Part shown: positions 29,660 through 40,400 of the stretch, one piece after another
Layout: every line of letters begins with the position of its first letter
Numbering within the stretch: position 1 is the stretch's first letter
From: a bacterium
Lineage (GTDB): Bacteria > UBP15 > UBA6099 > JAJRTR01
Reading direction: 5' to 3'
Assembly: GCA_024278215.1 (NCBI GenBank)
Contig: JAJRTR010000073.1
Span: 1-55,970, forward strand
DNA: 55,970 nt
Notes under the pieces: model-generated
What the model was told of the DNA's origin: nothing
The model's input: the letters and a program-made list of their open reading frames with translations, nothing else
Databases searched by the model: none
Translations under genes and position numbers: made by a program

Positions 29660-30718
29660 TCAATCGCTCAACTTGTCAAAAAGAGAATCCATGAAACCGA
29701 CTCGATCCGCGATATTATCCCGCTCCAGCGGATCATTTATCTCGTAAACCGTTTCGCCGTTATGCTCAACTGTCAATATCCACGGCCTTTTCAACACTCG
29801 GATGTTCATGTATGCTGCAAAATATTCGGCGAAATCCTCCATGTAGGACAGGCCTCCGTAGAGTGTGATAAATGGGGAATGTTCCAGTCTTTCATATATC
29901 TCCGGGGCCTGTGAAATCTTCAGTTTCGGACCGCCGAAGAGTCCGTAGAAGACCACATCGCTCCTGCCTTTGAAATCGTATTTTTTCGCGGGTGTTCTGT
30001 ATCCCATCCAGTAGTTTTGTATGAAAGGATACGTTTTATTATCCATAGCCCCGGGCCGCTGCTGGAGCGCAAAGCCCTCTGCCTGGGCTCCGGTCGGTTC
30101 ACCCGGCGTAATGTTTGTCGAGTAGTCGAGTATGTGCCCCATCTCGTGATAGAAAATATAATAGAAACCCGACATACCTGCGCCGATATTTATGTTGATT
30201 GAATATGACGGATCATCGACGGCGAATACGGTTCTTTCTTTATCGGTCAGCCATTGCGACGCATCCTTTTTCAACACAATGTGATTCAGGGCCATAATAT
30301 AGTACTTGTTGCCGTCATCGTCTTTGAACCATTCGGTCCATCCGCTTCCGATCATATTTTCAATGAAGTAGATACCGACCAGCCGGGAACCTATCGGGCC
30401 TTTCATCCGCGGCGGCAGTTGCTCGACAGCAGCTTTTATTTCCGCAAGTTCCGACACTGTCGGGAAATACGCTTTGTATGGTTTGTCCGGCGGAATAATG
30501 TCTTTGTCGAAAGAGGCAAAGTAATCGAGCACGAAATCGGGTGTCGGCTGCACCCGTTCATAGAGTTCGCCGACAGGCGGTATCGTGTAGCTCTCCGGCC
30601 TGACGGCCTGGGGGCTTTCCCCGTATTTTTCGTTGTCGGCAACCGCTGAATTCACGGCTGTGATAATCGTCAACAGCATTAGTAATAATAGTTTTCGTGC
30701 AAAGTATTTTTTGTTCAT
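29660..30718 (-). CDS. Secreted putative zinc metallopeptidase
   Basis: Signal peptide; YHEMGH (HExxH) and downstream EDFAE. Confidence 0.7.
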   Translation of the reverse strand: MNKKYFARKLLLLMLLTIITAVNSAVADNEKYGESPQAVRPESYTIPPVGELYERVQPTPDFVLDYFASFDKDIIPPDKPYKAYFPTVSELAEIKAAVEQLPPRMKGPIGSRLVGIYFIENMIGSGWTEWFKDDDGNKYYIMALNHIVLKKDASQWLTDKERTVFAVDDPSYSININIGAGMSGFYYIFYHEMGHILDYSTNITPGEPTGAQAEGFALQQRPGAMDNKTYPFIQNYWMGYRTPAKKYDFKGRSDVVFYGLFGGPKLKISQAPEIYERLEHSPFITLYGGLSYMEDFAEYFAAYMNIRVLKRPWILTVEHNGETVYEINDPLERDNIADRVGFMDSLFDKLSD

Positions 30719-30787
30719 ATTTCGTTACCGTTCTTCAGTTCTGCTTCATAATATAAAATAGATTATACATTTTATCGTGAATTTCGG

Positions 30788-31000
30788 CTATGTATCCTCA
30801 TGCGCGCGAACTTTTTCTTTTTCAAGATTCACAAGGCCGATCAGCCTGTTGCAGGGTTCAAGTACTATGCCTGCATTGATCGTGCATATATGGAGTTGAT
30901 TGCTTACGCTGATTATCATGAGAGGAATCACCTCACCCGAACATAATTTCCGCAGGTCCTCGAAGCTGAATTCCTCCGAAACTTTGTGGTTTTTACAGTG
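30788..31000 (-). pseudogene. Possible C-terminal remnant of a cation:proton antiporter (CPA1)
   Basis: KVSEEFSFEDLRKLCSGEVIPLMIISVSNQLHICT...LIGLV resembles the recalled tail of long NhaP-like antiporters; no N-terminal TM region present. Confidence 0.4.
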
Positions 31001-31082
31001 CAGCCTTGCAGGACAAGGTAGTTGATGTGATAGCAGAACAAACCCGACATCGCCCATAAGTTCCAGATGGATCAGGAAGCGG

Positions 31083-32108
31083 CTACCCGCGGGATGCCAT
31101 TGTTTCCAGCAGCGAGGCGGCGTTGCTGTAAAGGATTTTGTGGCGCAGTGCGGCATCGCCGCCGGTTGCGACAAGTACTTTGGCGAGAGGAAGAACGATC
31201 GGGAAGAACGGCCAGTCTGTGCCGAACAGGATGCGGTCGTGGTCCACAGCGTCGAGGATGCGCAGGAGGTTGTCTGGCGGCTGCCCGTCTATTTCGAGGT
31301 ATACGTTATCATATTGATTGGCGTAGCTGATGGCTTTTTCATAGAAGTCCATGCCCGCATGGCCGAGAATGAAAGTAATGCCGGGAAACATTCTGAGTGC
31401 TTTTTCGTATGTTTACATTCGGGCGAGAATCTGGAGGAAACCCGGCGCGAGGCTGTTGTAGGCGGTGTGAAACTGAACCGGCAGGCCGGTGCGCTCCCAG
31501 CGGCGCAGCATTTTTATGATAAGCGGATGGTCGCTCGTCATGAATTCGCTGTAGGGGTGTATCTTCAGTCCGCGCGCGCCGTCGGCCACCATGCGGTCCA
31601 TGCGAGCCTCCCAGCCCGGTCTCAGCGGGTTGATCGCCACAAACGGGACAAGGGCGTTTTTGCCCCGCATGGCTTGCAGGTACGCATCCGAATTCTGTGT
31701 GCCGAACGCGAAATCTATAGCCATAACAATAGTTCTTTCTACATTCATATCCTTCATATCCGCCAGAAGATTGGGCACTGTGTGTGTGGCGTTGTCGCCC
31801 TGGTTAGAGACCATCGAAAGCATGTATTGCTGTACGACGCGGCCCGGCAAGTGGTGTTCAAGGTTCATGCCGGACTCCAGAGACAGGTCCACAGGAACAC
31901 CTTTCATGGGGAAATTGTAGAGTGTTCGCGCAGTGCGCCGGTTCAGGTCGAGAGGTGGCGAGAAGAATATCGCGAAGCCGAGATGGGCATGGAAATCTAT
32001 AATCGGTCCGATGTCGTCGGGTTCGGAAAGTACGATGCGGTCGTTCTCGTCGATTTTAAACCAGGGCATTTCCGCAAGCGCCCGGCAGTCATCATAATTA
32101 AGTTTCAT
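31083..32108 (-). pseudogene. Amidohydrolase_2 family gene split by an in-frame TAA at 31413-31415
   Basis: DFHAH, GLKIHP and FHT lie before the stop; LGHAG and LFGTDWP after it in the same frame (RM*TYEKALRMFPG). Confidence 0.85.
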
Positions 32109-32278
32109 TTGAGCATCTCCCGTTTTTGGCCCTGTCGCGCAGGAAGCAACAACGTGCTGTCGCGAAAAAAAAGTGTGTACGCTCACAACATTCAGCTATT
32201 GTGTCGTATCAACATTACATGACACTTGAAACCTGACACGCCGGCTTTCAGCTTATACAACTTCCATCCAATAAAGGT

Positions 32279-32758
32279 TCACACCGGTTCGAAGTGATCG
32301 ACATCAAGGATCGTGTTGGTTGTTTCATCGGCGAAAACGGCTTTGACTTTCATACCGAGCTCGACCTTGCCGGGCTCGATGCCTTCGAGTATGTGCGGCA
32401 GGGGAGTGTCCGCGCCCCCGAGTTTTATCATAGCGAGAATATATGGCGGCTTGCGCGGCAGGTGTTTGTCTTCGTAGTTGACCACAGTGTAGTTGGTGAG
32501 CTCGCCGGTGTCGGAGAGTTCGACCCAACTGTCGCTGAGGTCTTCCATGCAGCGTTCGCAACGCTGACGAGGCGGCACGAAAACCCTGTTGCATTTTTCG
32601 CATTTTACGCCAAGTATCTGCTTTTTGTCGCGCAGCGCGATCAGGAATCTGCTGCCGACGCGGCCCGCGAAATACTGATATGGAAGCGCCAGTTTGCCGT
32701 CTCTTATATAACAATGTTCGTGCTTGTCGTCTTTTTGTCTTAGTTTCTGTCTTGCCAT
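32279..32758 (-). CDS. DUF35 Zn-ribbon/OB-fold protein
   Basis: CEKC..VFVPPRQRCERC, GELTNYTVV, GMKVKAVF; GGAGG RBS. Confidence 0.9.
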   Translation of the reverse strand: MARQKLRQKDDKHEHCYIRDGKLALPYQYFAGRVGSRFLIALRDKKQILGVKCEKCNRVFVPPRQRCERCMEDLSDSWVELSDTGELTNYTVVNYEDKHLPRKPPYILAMIKLGGADTPLPHILEGIEPGKVELGMKVKAVFADETTNTILDVDHFEPV

Positions 32759-32769
32759 TTGCTGCCTCC

Positions 32770-33930
32770 TCATCTCACCTTTTCAAAATAGAGGATATCG
32801 TTGACGGAGCCGGTTCGCTCGTCCGCCCACACGGGCCTCACCCGGTCGCCGGGCTGCGCATCGAAAAGGTCGTTCTTCTTCAGCATGTGCCAGAAAGTTT
32901 CATTGTCTTTGCAACCGTCCAGCAGGACATGCAGGCTGCCGTAAGGTGTTTCACGTGTTTCGCCCGTCAGGGGGTCGGGGCTGGCATAGTATGTGTCGTC
33001 GATCATGGTGATCTCGCCCCCGGGGCCTACCTCGACAAACTCGTCCGCCCGGCACCTGCACGGCGCGCACACCTCGCGCGGCGGCAACTGTTTCCTGCCG
33101 CACTTCGGACACACGTTCGCCAGTATCTTCTTTTCCATCAGGCCTTCGAAAAACTGTCCCATCACAGGTCCGGTCGAGTATTCCATGTCGACTGAAATGA
33201 TCTTTTTCAGCACTATGAGTTCTTCGACCGCTTCCGCTTCTTCGGACGGTACAAATTTCGCGAAGATTTTGGGCAGTTTCATCGCGAGTTCCATATCGCC
33301 CACAAGCTTTAGTCTGCCCGAGCCGAAAGCGACCATCGGATCGAGTTTGCCCAGCATCAGATCGACGTAATCTTCAGCGCTGACGATGTTGCTGACCGTC
33401 AGGTTGTCGCGCAGGCCCTCTTCGAGCGTGCATTTGCCGTCCTTTATGACAGCGGTCCATTGGCCGCCGCCCTTGCCCGTGAAATCGTAGCCGACAGTAA
33501 CGTCGAGTTCCTGCGCGTACTGCGGCTGGAAGCGATCGACGGCTGTTTCGATGATGTCGCGTGCAGTGATGGGTTTTTTCGGCGGCACATATTTGGTGAA
33601 CATCTGCGGCAGCCTGAGCAGCATCGCCATGTCGCCTTCGGCCCTGACGCGGCCCGCCTGGAAAGCTTCCATGCCGTCGATGCGACCGACCGTCATGCCG
33701 ACGAAAGTTTCCGCGTCCGTAATCATTTTCGCAGTGAATTCGGCGGGGAGGCTGTCGAGTTTTTTAGTTTCGGACTTGCCGCCTCCGATGGCGACCATCC
33801 ATCGGCCGCCGCCGGCGCCGCTTATGTCATAGGCGATAACGGCGTCTACGCCTTCCGCGCCCTCGGGCCGGAACCGTTCCGTCTGTGTACTGAAAATATC
33901 ATCAACTGTAGTTCCGAAATATTCTGCCAT
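32770..33930 (-). CDS. SCP2-SCP2-DUF35 fusion protein
   Basis: Two SCP2 domains (GGGRW...AFQAGRVRAEGDM; GGGQW...AFGSGRLKLVGDM), then CPKC..LPPREVCAPC OB fold. Confidence 0.88.
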   Translation of the reverse strand: MAEYFGTTVDDIFSTQTERFRPEGAEGVDAVIAYDISGAGGGRWMVAIGGGKSETKKLDSLPAEFTAKMITDAETFVGMTVGRIDGMEAFQAGRVRAEGDMAMLLRLPQMFTKYVPPKKPITARDIIETAVDRFQPQYAQELDVTVGYDFTGKGGGQWTAVIKDGKCTLEEGLRDNLTVSNIVSAEDYVDLMLGKLDPMVAFGSGRLKLVGDMELAMKLPKIFAKFVPSEEAEAVEELIVLKKIISVDMEYSTGPVMGQFFEGLMEKKILANVCPKCGRKQLPPREVCAPCRCRADEFVEVGPGGEITMIDDTYYASPDPLTGETRETPYGSLHVLLDGCKDNETFWHMLKKNDLFDAQPGDRVRPVWADERTGSVNDILYFEKVR

Positions 33931-33940
33931 AGTATCCTCC

Positions 33941-35137
33941 TCACCAGTCCAGGTCTTTTTCGAGCATCGTGAGCACAGTCCAGAGAGTGCCGCCGAAACC
34001 CGAGGCCAGCGCGTGTTTCACTTCGCTGGGAATCTGATGTCCACCCGCGTCGCCGCGAATCTGTAGCGCGGCCTCGGCGACACGAACCATGGCCGTAGCG
34101 CCTATCGGGTTCGCGGCCACGACACCGCCGGATGGGTTCAACGGCAGCCTGCCGCCGATCTTCAACTCGTCGTTCTCGACCATCTTCAGATGTTCGTCGC
34201 CTTCGAGCAACATGAACTCGCGGAGCCAGTCGAGGCCCCACCAGGACGACGGGTCGTACATCTCGAACACATCGAAGTAATCGACCGGATTGTCGATGCC
34301 GTTGCGCTCGAACAACTTTCGCGCGGCGAAGCGGTGGGTCGTCTCTTCGCGTTCGGCGTCTTCTTTTCCGAAAAGATTGAATGTTTCTTCGCGATGTATC
34401 GTGATATGGTCGCGTATCCAGACGGGTTTGTCGCTCAGTTCCTTTGCCTTTTCTTCGGAGGCAAATATCATGGCGCAGGCACCGTCGCTCTGTGAGCACA
34501 TGTGAATGAGACGCAGTTCGCCGACGAGTTTGGGTGAATTCTCCATCAGGTCGTCGAGCTGGTCGTAGTCGAGACCGAAGCTGCGGTGCGAGTTCGGGTT
34601 GAGCATAGCGTGCTTATCCATGTCGATGCGAAGTTTCATCGCGGCGCGGCGTGCGCGTTCTTCGCCGAATTCGCGGATCATAGCGCCTGCGGTCGCGCCG
34701 GTGAGCGCGCCGGTCTGAAGGTTGCGGGACCATAGCGGATCGGCCATGTTCGTAATGCCGCCGGTCGTGTGGCCTTCCTGTAGTTTTTCGAAACCGACGG
34801 CGAGTACGATGTCGTACATGCCTGAGGCGACAAGGTTGTCCGCGGCGCATACGAGCGTGGCACCTGTCGTGCCGCCTGTCGTAACGCGGTATGCGTCCTT
34901 GCCGTATGCGCCGGTGCCGATTGTGTGCCACAGGTCCGGCTGGTGGACCATCTCGAATAGTTCCATGTTGCCGTGCACGACGCAGTCGATGTCGTCGTAG
35001 GTCAGGCCAGCGTCTTCGAGAGCGAACCGCACGGCTTCGTTTATCATTTCCGGTTGATTGACATCTTCGCGGTGGCTGGAGTACTGCGTCTGCCCGATGC
35101 CGATTATACCAACATTCCTGTTTCTCTTATGGCTCAA
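33941..35137 (-). CDS. Thiolase-fold protein, Ltp3-like (aldolase subunit candidate)
   Basis: GIGQT, RVTTGGTTG (no nucleophilic Cys), GFEK, SDGA, EMYDP, NPSGG..ANPIGAT. Confidence 0.8.
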   Translation of the reverse strand: MSHKRNRNVGIIGIGQTQYSSHREDVNQPEMINEAVRFALEDAGLTYDDIDCVVHGNMELFEMVHQPDLWHTIGTGAYGKDAYRVTTGGTTGATLVCAADNLVASGMYDIVLAVGFEKLQEGHTTGGITNMADPLWSRNLQTGALTGATAGAMIREFGEERARRAAMKLRIDMDKHAMLNPNSHRSFGLDYDQLDDLMENSPKLVGELRLIHMCSQSDGACAMIFASEEKAKELSDKPVWIRDHITIHREETFNLFGKEDAEREETTHRFAARKLFERNGIDNPVDYFDVFEMYDPSSWWGLDWLREFMLLEGDEHLKMVENDELKIGGRLPLNPSGGVVAANPIGATAMVRVAEAALQIRGDAGGHQIPSEVKHALASGFGGTLWTVLTMLEKDLDW

Positions 35138-35150
35138 TGTGTGACCTCCT

Positions 35151-36299
35151 TTACTCGGAATCGAGAACGAGCACGGAATGGAATTGGCCGGCCGCGCCGG
35201 TCGTCCCGTGAGCGAGGGCTTTCTTAGCGCCTTCGACCTGCCGGTCGCCGGCTTCGCCGCGGAGTTGTATTACGGCTTCAGCGGCGCGGGCGAGACCGCC
35301 TATCATCAGTGGGTTGCCCGCAAGCATGCCGCCCGATTTGTTCACGTTGCATGTTTTGAGTCCGCCGCCGTCGATCAGGGCGCTGCCTTTGCCTTCGCCG
35401 CACAGTCCGAGTCCTTCGAGCCACATCGGCGTCTGGTAAGCGAAGCAGTCGTTGACTTCCACGAGGTCGAACTCCTCGGCGGGGTTCTTCACGCCTGCTT
35501 TCCTGTAAGCGCGTTCGGCGGCTTTTTTCAGCGAGAAGTTACCGACGAGGTCTTTGTCGCCGAGGAAATAGCTGTCCATGCAGTTGGCGAAACCGCTGAT
35601 CCAGACCGGTTTATCTGTGAATTCCGAGGCGCGCTCTTCGCACACGAGCAGCATGGCGACAGCGCCGTCTGAGACCGGGTATTCATGAAGAAGGCGGATG
35701 GGATCGCACGTCATCGGCGATTTAAGCACCTGCTCTTCGGTCAGCAATTCCCTGGCGTTCGCCGCCGGGTTGAGGGCGGCGTTTTTCCTTGAGTTGACGA
35801 CCACCTTCGCGAGGTGCTCGTCGGTGACACCGGATTTGTTCATATAGGCGCGAGCCTGGAGCGCGGCGACATTCTTAAAGTCCAGTCCCAGCGGCCTGTA
35901 GTAGAACGGATCGAAAGCCAGGTTTGTGACCATATCGCGGCTTTCGGACTGCGATTCCTTGCAGTGGCCGACTATCAGAATGATATCGTCGTGACCCGAC
36001 AACACGCAGGCGAGCCCGTAGCCGATGGCGTTTATTCCATCCATCGTTACCTTCTCTTCGCCCCTGTAATGAGCGCCGACAGCATCGGTCATAGCGTTGT
36101 CGGAGATAGTGCGGGCGTCGAAAACATCGTCCGAGCATGTGATAATATTCCTTATACCGGTGGCCATGTCGAAAGTGACGCCGGTTTTCCGGATTATCGG
36201 TTCCACGATGTCGAACGCCATCTCCTGGAAGCGCTTTTGCCACAGATTGGTGAAGAAACCAGTCTGTTCGACAGCGCAGACAGCAACACGTTTTCCCAT
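35151..36299 (-). CDS. Thiolase-fold protein, Ltp4-like
   Basis: CSDDVFDARTIS, KVTMDG, PVSDGA, NKSGGMLAGNPLMIGGL. Confidence 0.78.
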   Translation of the reverse strand: MGKRVAVCAVEQTGFFTNLWQKRFQEMAFDIVEPIIRKTGVTFDMATGIRNIITCSDDVFDARTISDNAMTDAVGAHYRGEEKVTMDGINAIGYGLACVLSGHDDIILIVGHCKESQSESRDMVTNLAFDPFYYRPLGLDFKNVAALQARAYMNKSGVTDEHLAKVVVNSRKNAALNPAANARELLTEEQVLKSPMTCDPIRLLHEYPVSDGAVAMLLVCEERASEFTDKPVWISGFANCMDSYFLGDKDLVGNFSLKKAAERAYRKAGVKNPAEEFDLVEVNDCFAYQTPMWLEGLGLCGEGKGSALIDGGGLKTCNVNKSGGMLAGNPLMIGGLARAAEAVIQLRGEAGDRQVEGAKKALAHGTTGAAGQFHSVLVLDSE

Positions 36300-36403
36300 T
36301 CGTTTACCTCCTGTCGTTATTAAGCATCTATTTTATAATCAATATCTCAATTCCGTTATGTGTCGGCCCTGATCGCCGCCATGCTGTGTGATTATAACAC
36401 TAT

Positions 36404-36955
36404 TTACCGCGCGAAGCAGTTCCAGAAGCGGCCTTTTTTTATGGCGCGGATAATAGAGTCCTTGTTGCGTTTGCAGTCCATCTCGATCCAGGCGCGACCA
36501 CAGCCGGCGCGTGTGTGTGAATCGTCCACGACCAGTTTTGGATATTTTATCTCCGGCGTGTCGAATTCCTTATCGAGAAAACCCTTGGTTGTTATCTCGA
36601 CAGCGTCGAGAGGATAGCGTTTTTCCAGCGCGTGGAGCCGGTCCATAATCTGCTCGAACGACAGGTCGTATTCGCCGAGATGGCAGAAGACGTGAAGCTG
36701 CTCTTCGTCGCCGAAAATCTGGGTTACATGAACGTAGCCTTTCTCGAAAACCGTATGCTCGATGCCCCGAAAAATTATCAAGTCGGTTTCCACAGCATCG
36801 AAAATCCGCTCGTGTGCGGGTTTCAGGAGATAGTCATGATCGGTGAAAGCGATAAAATCGAAACCGAGTTCCGAATAGACATCGGCGACCTGTTGGGGCG
36901 TCAGTTTCCCATCCGAGCAGGTAGTGTGGCAGTGGAGACCGCCTTTCAGTATCAT
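36404..36955 (-). CDS. Short PHP-domain metallophosphoesterase
   Basis: [22 protein letters not shown]. Confidence 0.85.
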   Translation of the reverse strand: MILKGGLHCHTTCSDGKLTPQQVADVYSELGFDFIAFTDHDYLLKPAHERIFDAVETDLIIFRGIEHTVFEKGYVHVTQIFGDEEQLHVFCHLGEYDLSFEQIMDRLHALEKRYPLDAVEITTKGFLDKEFDTPEIKYPKLVVDDSHTRAGCGRAWIEMDCKRNKDSIIRAIKKGRFWNCFAR

Positions 36956-37141
36956 TTATAAATCTCCGTGGTACAGCATAAGTGTTATCAGTCGCTGTAG
37001 GGCGACCGCGAGATAATGCACATTATAGTACTTATAAGGAAATAAAATGAAGAGAATAAGTGATAATTTTCACTAAGTTGCGTTTTCGCAATAATATTTT
37101 ACAACTTTGATGTGATTTCCGGCTTGTGTGAATTCTGTTAT

Positions 37142-37319
37142 GAGCCAATTGCAAAATTATGTTCGTAGCGAGGTCGAGCGAAATTGTTCAGAGCAAGGCG
37201 GAGGTGTAAAATCCTCGCAGGCGTACTTGTAGAGTACGTCGAGGGCGATTTTGCGCCGGCAACGCAGCTATGGACAATAGCAGCCGACCACAGCAGAATC
37301 AGAATTTTGCAATTGGCTC
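37142..37319 (+). mobile_element. MITE-like palindromic element, copy 4
   Basis: Perfect 17-bp TIR GAGCCAATTGCAAAATT/AATTTTGCAATTGGCTC flanked by a TTAT direct repeat. Confidence 0.9.
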
Positions 37320-37492
37320 TTATGTGTGAGGATTTCTATGACATGGTTGAAATTCAATTCTCGAATGGATTTCAGTCCTGGATTTAAACTGATTATGTGT
37401 GGTTGCGATTCCTTTTACCACCGCAAATAGTTGTGCTATTATAAAGTGACTGATTTCATGCGGTTACAATTTCCGAAAGGAATAATATTCTG

Positions 37493-40400
37493 ATGACGGA
37501 TGAGCAGAGAAATTTCGCGGAATACAATCGCCCGGAGCTGGCGAAGCTGCTGACGGCCTTGAGGCTGGATGTGGAATATGTGCGGGGGCGTGGCGATTAT
37601 CTTTATTACAAGAACGAAAAAGGTGAAGAAGTCGAAGTGCTGGACCTCGCGGGCGGCATGGGGTCGACCGTGCTCGGACACAACAATCCCGAGATAAAAG
37701 AAGTCATGCAATCATGTATCGACAACGATGTGCCTATGCACGCGCAGGGTTCGTTTCGCGAGTCGGCCGGCAGGCTGGGCAGGAAGCTGTCCGAGCTGTA
37801 TCCCGGCAAGGAAAAGCGGGTCACGATTCTATGCAATTCCGGCACCGAAGCGGTCGAGTGCGCGCTCAAACACGCAGAGTTCAACCGCATGTTGCGGTTC
37901 CGGGAGATCGGCAGGGACATCTACCGTAATTATAAGGAGATGAAAGAATATTTCAGGATGCACTCGAACCTGAAACTGCCGAAAAAATATGCTGAAAAGG
38001 GCGCTGAGGCGCTGCTCAACGATATCCTTCTCCAGACACAGGTGCTCGAACAACTGCCGCCGGTAGTGATCTCGACAGAGAAATCGTTCCACGGGAAAAC
38101 CACCGGGGCGCTGCGTGTTACAGGCAGCACGATGTACCGCGAAGCGTTCCAGCGACTCAGCGGCATCGACGCGAGATTCATCGAATTCAACAACCTCGAC
38201 GATCTGAAAAAAGTACTCGAAAAGAGCTATTTCACTATAAAGAAGATCACAGTGGACGACGGCGTTGTGAAACTTGTCGGCCGCCGGTACCTGAACGTGA
38301 CGGCGTTTATAATGGAGCTGATACAGGGCGAGGGCGGCATAAATGTCGCTACGCGCGATTTCGTGCGCGGCATTGTTAAACTGCGCAAGCAACACGGCTT
38401 CGAATGGATCGTCGACGAGATACAGACGGGCCTTGGCCGCACGGGAAAACTTTTCTGCATCGAGAATTATGCCGTAGACAAAGACGCGGTCGATTACATG
38501 GTGTTGTCGAAGGCGCTGGGCGGCGCCACGCACAAAGTAGGCGCTATGCTCGTGCGTGAGTCGATACACAACAGCCGGTTCGGCATCCTGCACACTTCAA
38601 CATTCGCCGAGGACTCACCCGGTTGCATGGTTGCCCTCAAGGCACTCGAGATCACTACGGCCAACAAAGGCGAGGCATTCAGGATGGCCGCCGAAAAAGG
38701 CAACTACATGAAGGCGAAGCTCAAGGAGATAAAAAAGGAATACCCGGACATTATCAGGGAAGTGCGCGGCATGGGACTGATGATCGGGGTCGATTTCCAT
38801 ATCTTCAAAGAAAGCAATTCGCTGTTCTTCAACCGGTGCAGCAAGCAGGGCGTTTTCGCATCGGTTCTCGCGGGCTACCTTCTGCACGAGCACAGAATCC
38901 GCACAGCGCCGCCGCTCAATTCGCTTGTCGCGGCCCGACCGATGAATGTATTGCGCATCGAGCCGTCGGTTTATATTTCCCGCAAGGATATGGACCGTGT
39001 GATATTCGCTATACGGCGCGCCTGCAAGATCGTCCGCAGGGCCAACGCCTACGAATTCAGCAAGTTTGTAATCGGCAAAGAGACGCCCGGCAAGTACGGC
39101 AGGATAGAAGACTACTCCGGTCCGGCATACAAGCCGCCCGTCGATCCGGAATTCGAGAAATGCCGCCGGATGGCTTTCCTTATCCACCCGCTGGACATCC
39201 ACCAGGTGATGGAGGACTTTGACAGGTCTCTGAGCGGATTCTCCAGGGAGAAGGACCCGGAGACGGGACTGAGCGAACGCGAACGTTACTGGGACATCAT
39301 CGTACCGCTGCTCGATTCGTTTGTGTTCAGAGTCGTACATGTGAAATCGCCGCGAACGGGCGACAGGGTCAAAGCCCATTTCATCGGGTTCCTCTACACG
39401 ACGCAACAGATGGTGAAACTTCGCAAAACCAACCCGGAAGTCCTGATCGAGGGCATACAGAAGGCCGTCGACCTGGGCGCGAGCCTGGGCGCGGAAGTAT
39501 GCGGGCTCGGCGCTTTCACTTCGATCGTAACACACAACGGCACGGATATGGACGATACATACATCAATATCACGAGCGGCAATTCGTACACGGCCGCGCT
39601 GGTGTGGCAGAGTGTGCTCAAGGCGGCGGATTATGCCGGTCTGAAACTCGACGAGTGTACGGGCGCAGTGGTCGGAGCGGGCGGCAACATAGGCAGTGTT
39701 TGCGCAAGCCTGCTGTCCGAGGACATACCACGTCTGTTGCTGATAGGCAGCAGAAAATCGCAGACGGTCGACAGGCTTCGCGAAGTCGCTTATTCCATCT
39801 ATTCTGACAGTGTCGACATAATCCGCACAGCCCGCCCGCAGGACCTCAAGGGCCTCCCGGCCGCGCTCGCCCGGGACCTCGTGCTGCCGTTCGCCGCTCT
39901 TAACTCCCGGGAATACCGCTTCAAAGAAAAAGCGATTAACAATTTTATCGAAAAAAATTATTCGGGCAAAGACCAGAAAATCGGACACCTTGTGAAATCT
40001 ATTTTCTACTCGCGTCCCGATTCCGACATTGGCCGCAAGGTCTACCAGGCTATTCAGCTCAAGCACGGGACCGATCCTTATATCACACTGACAACCAACC
40101 TGAAAAGATATATTCCGCAGGCCGACGTGATCATTTCCGCCGTAAGTGCCGACAGGTCCATCATGGATGTGAAGTGGTTCAAGCCCGGCGCGGTTGTGAA
40201 CGACGCGAGCCTGCCGCCAAGCATATCGACTCAGCTCTACAAAGAACGCCCCGACGTGATCGCCACGCAGGGCGGGGTCGGCCACCTGCCCGAGTACATC
40301 AACCTCGGCATACCAGGACTCGCCGCAGGCGCCACTCTCGGATGTATGGCCGAAACATTCATCCTGACAATGATGCACATGGCCGACAACTACAGCTTCG

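Noticed and set aside
29173-29660. CIRCE or CtsR box upstream of clpC
   Set aside because: No TTAGCACTC-N9-GAGTGCTAA or tandem GTCAAA repeat found by eye
31413-31415. Stop-codon recoding (Sec/Pyl or alternative code)
   Set aside because: The codon is TAA, and TAA/TGA/TAG all act as normal stops elsewhere in the window
37142-37319. 6S RNA (about 180 nt, rod-like)
   Set aside because: Multi-copy, with TIRs and target duplications and no large central bubble; a MITE fits better
38615-40378. Long antisense ORF (587 aa) and similar shadow ORFs, e.g. 31140-32222 and 44791-45669
   Set aside because: They lie opposite well-supported genes and have no motifs; typical codon-bias shadows
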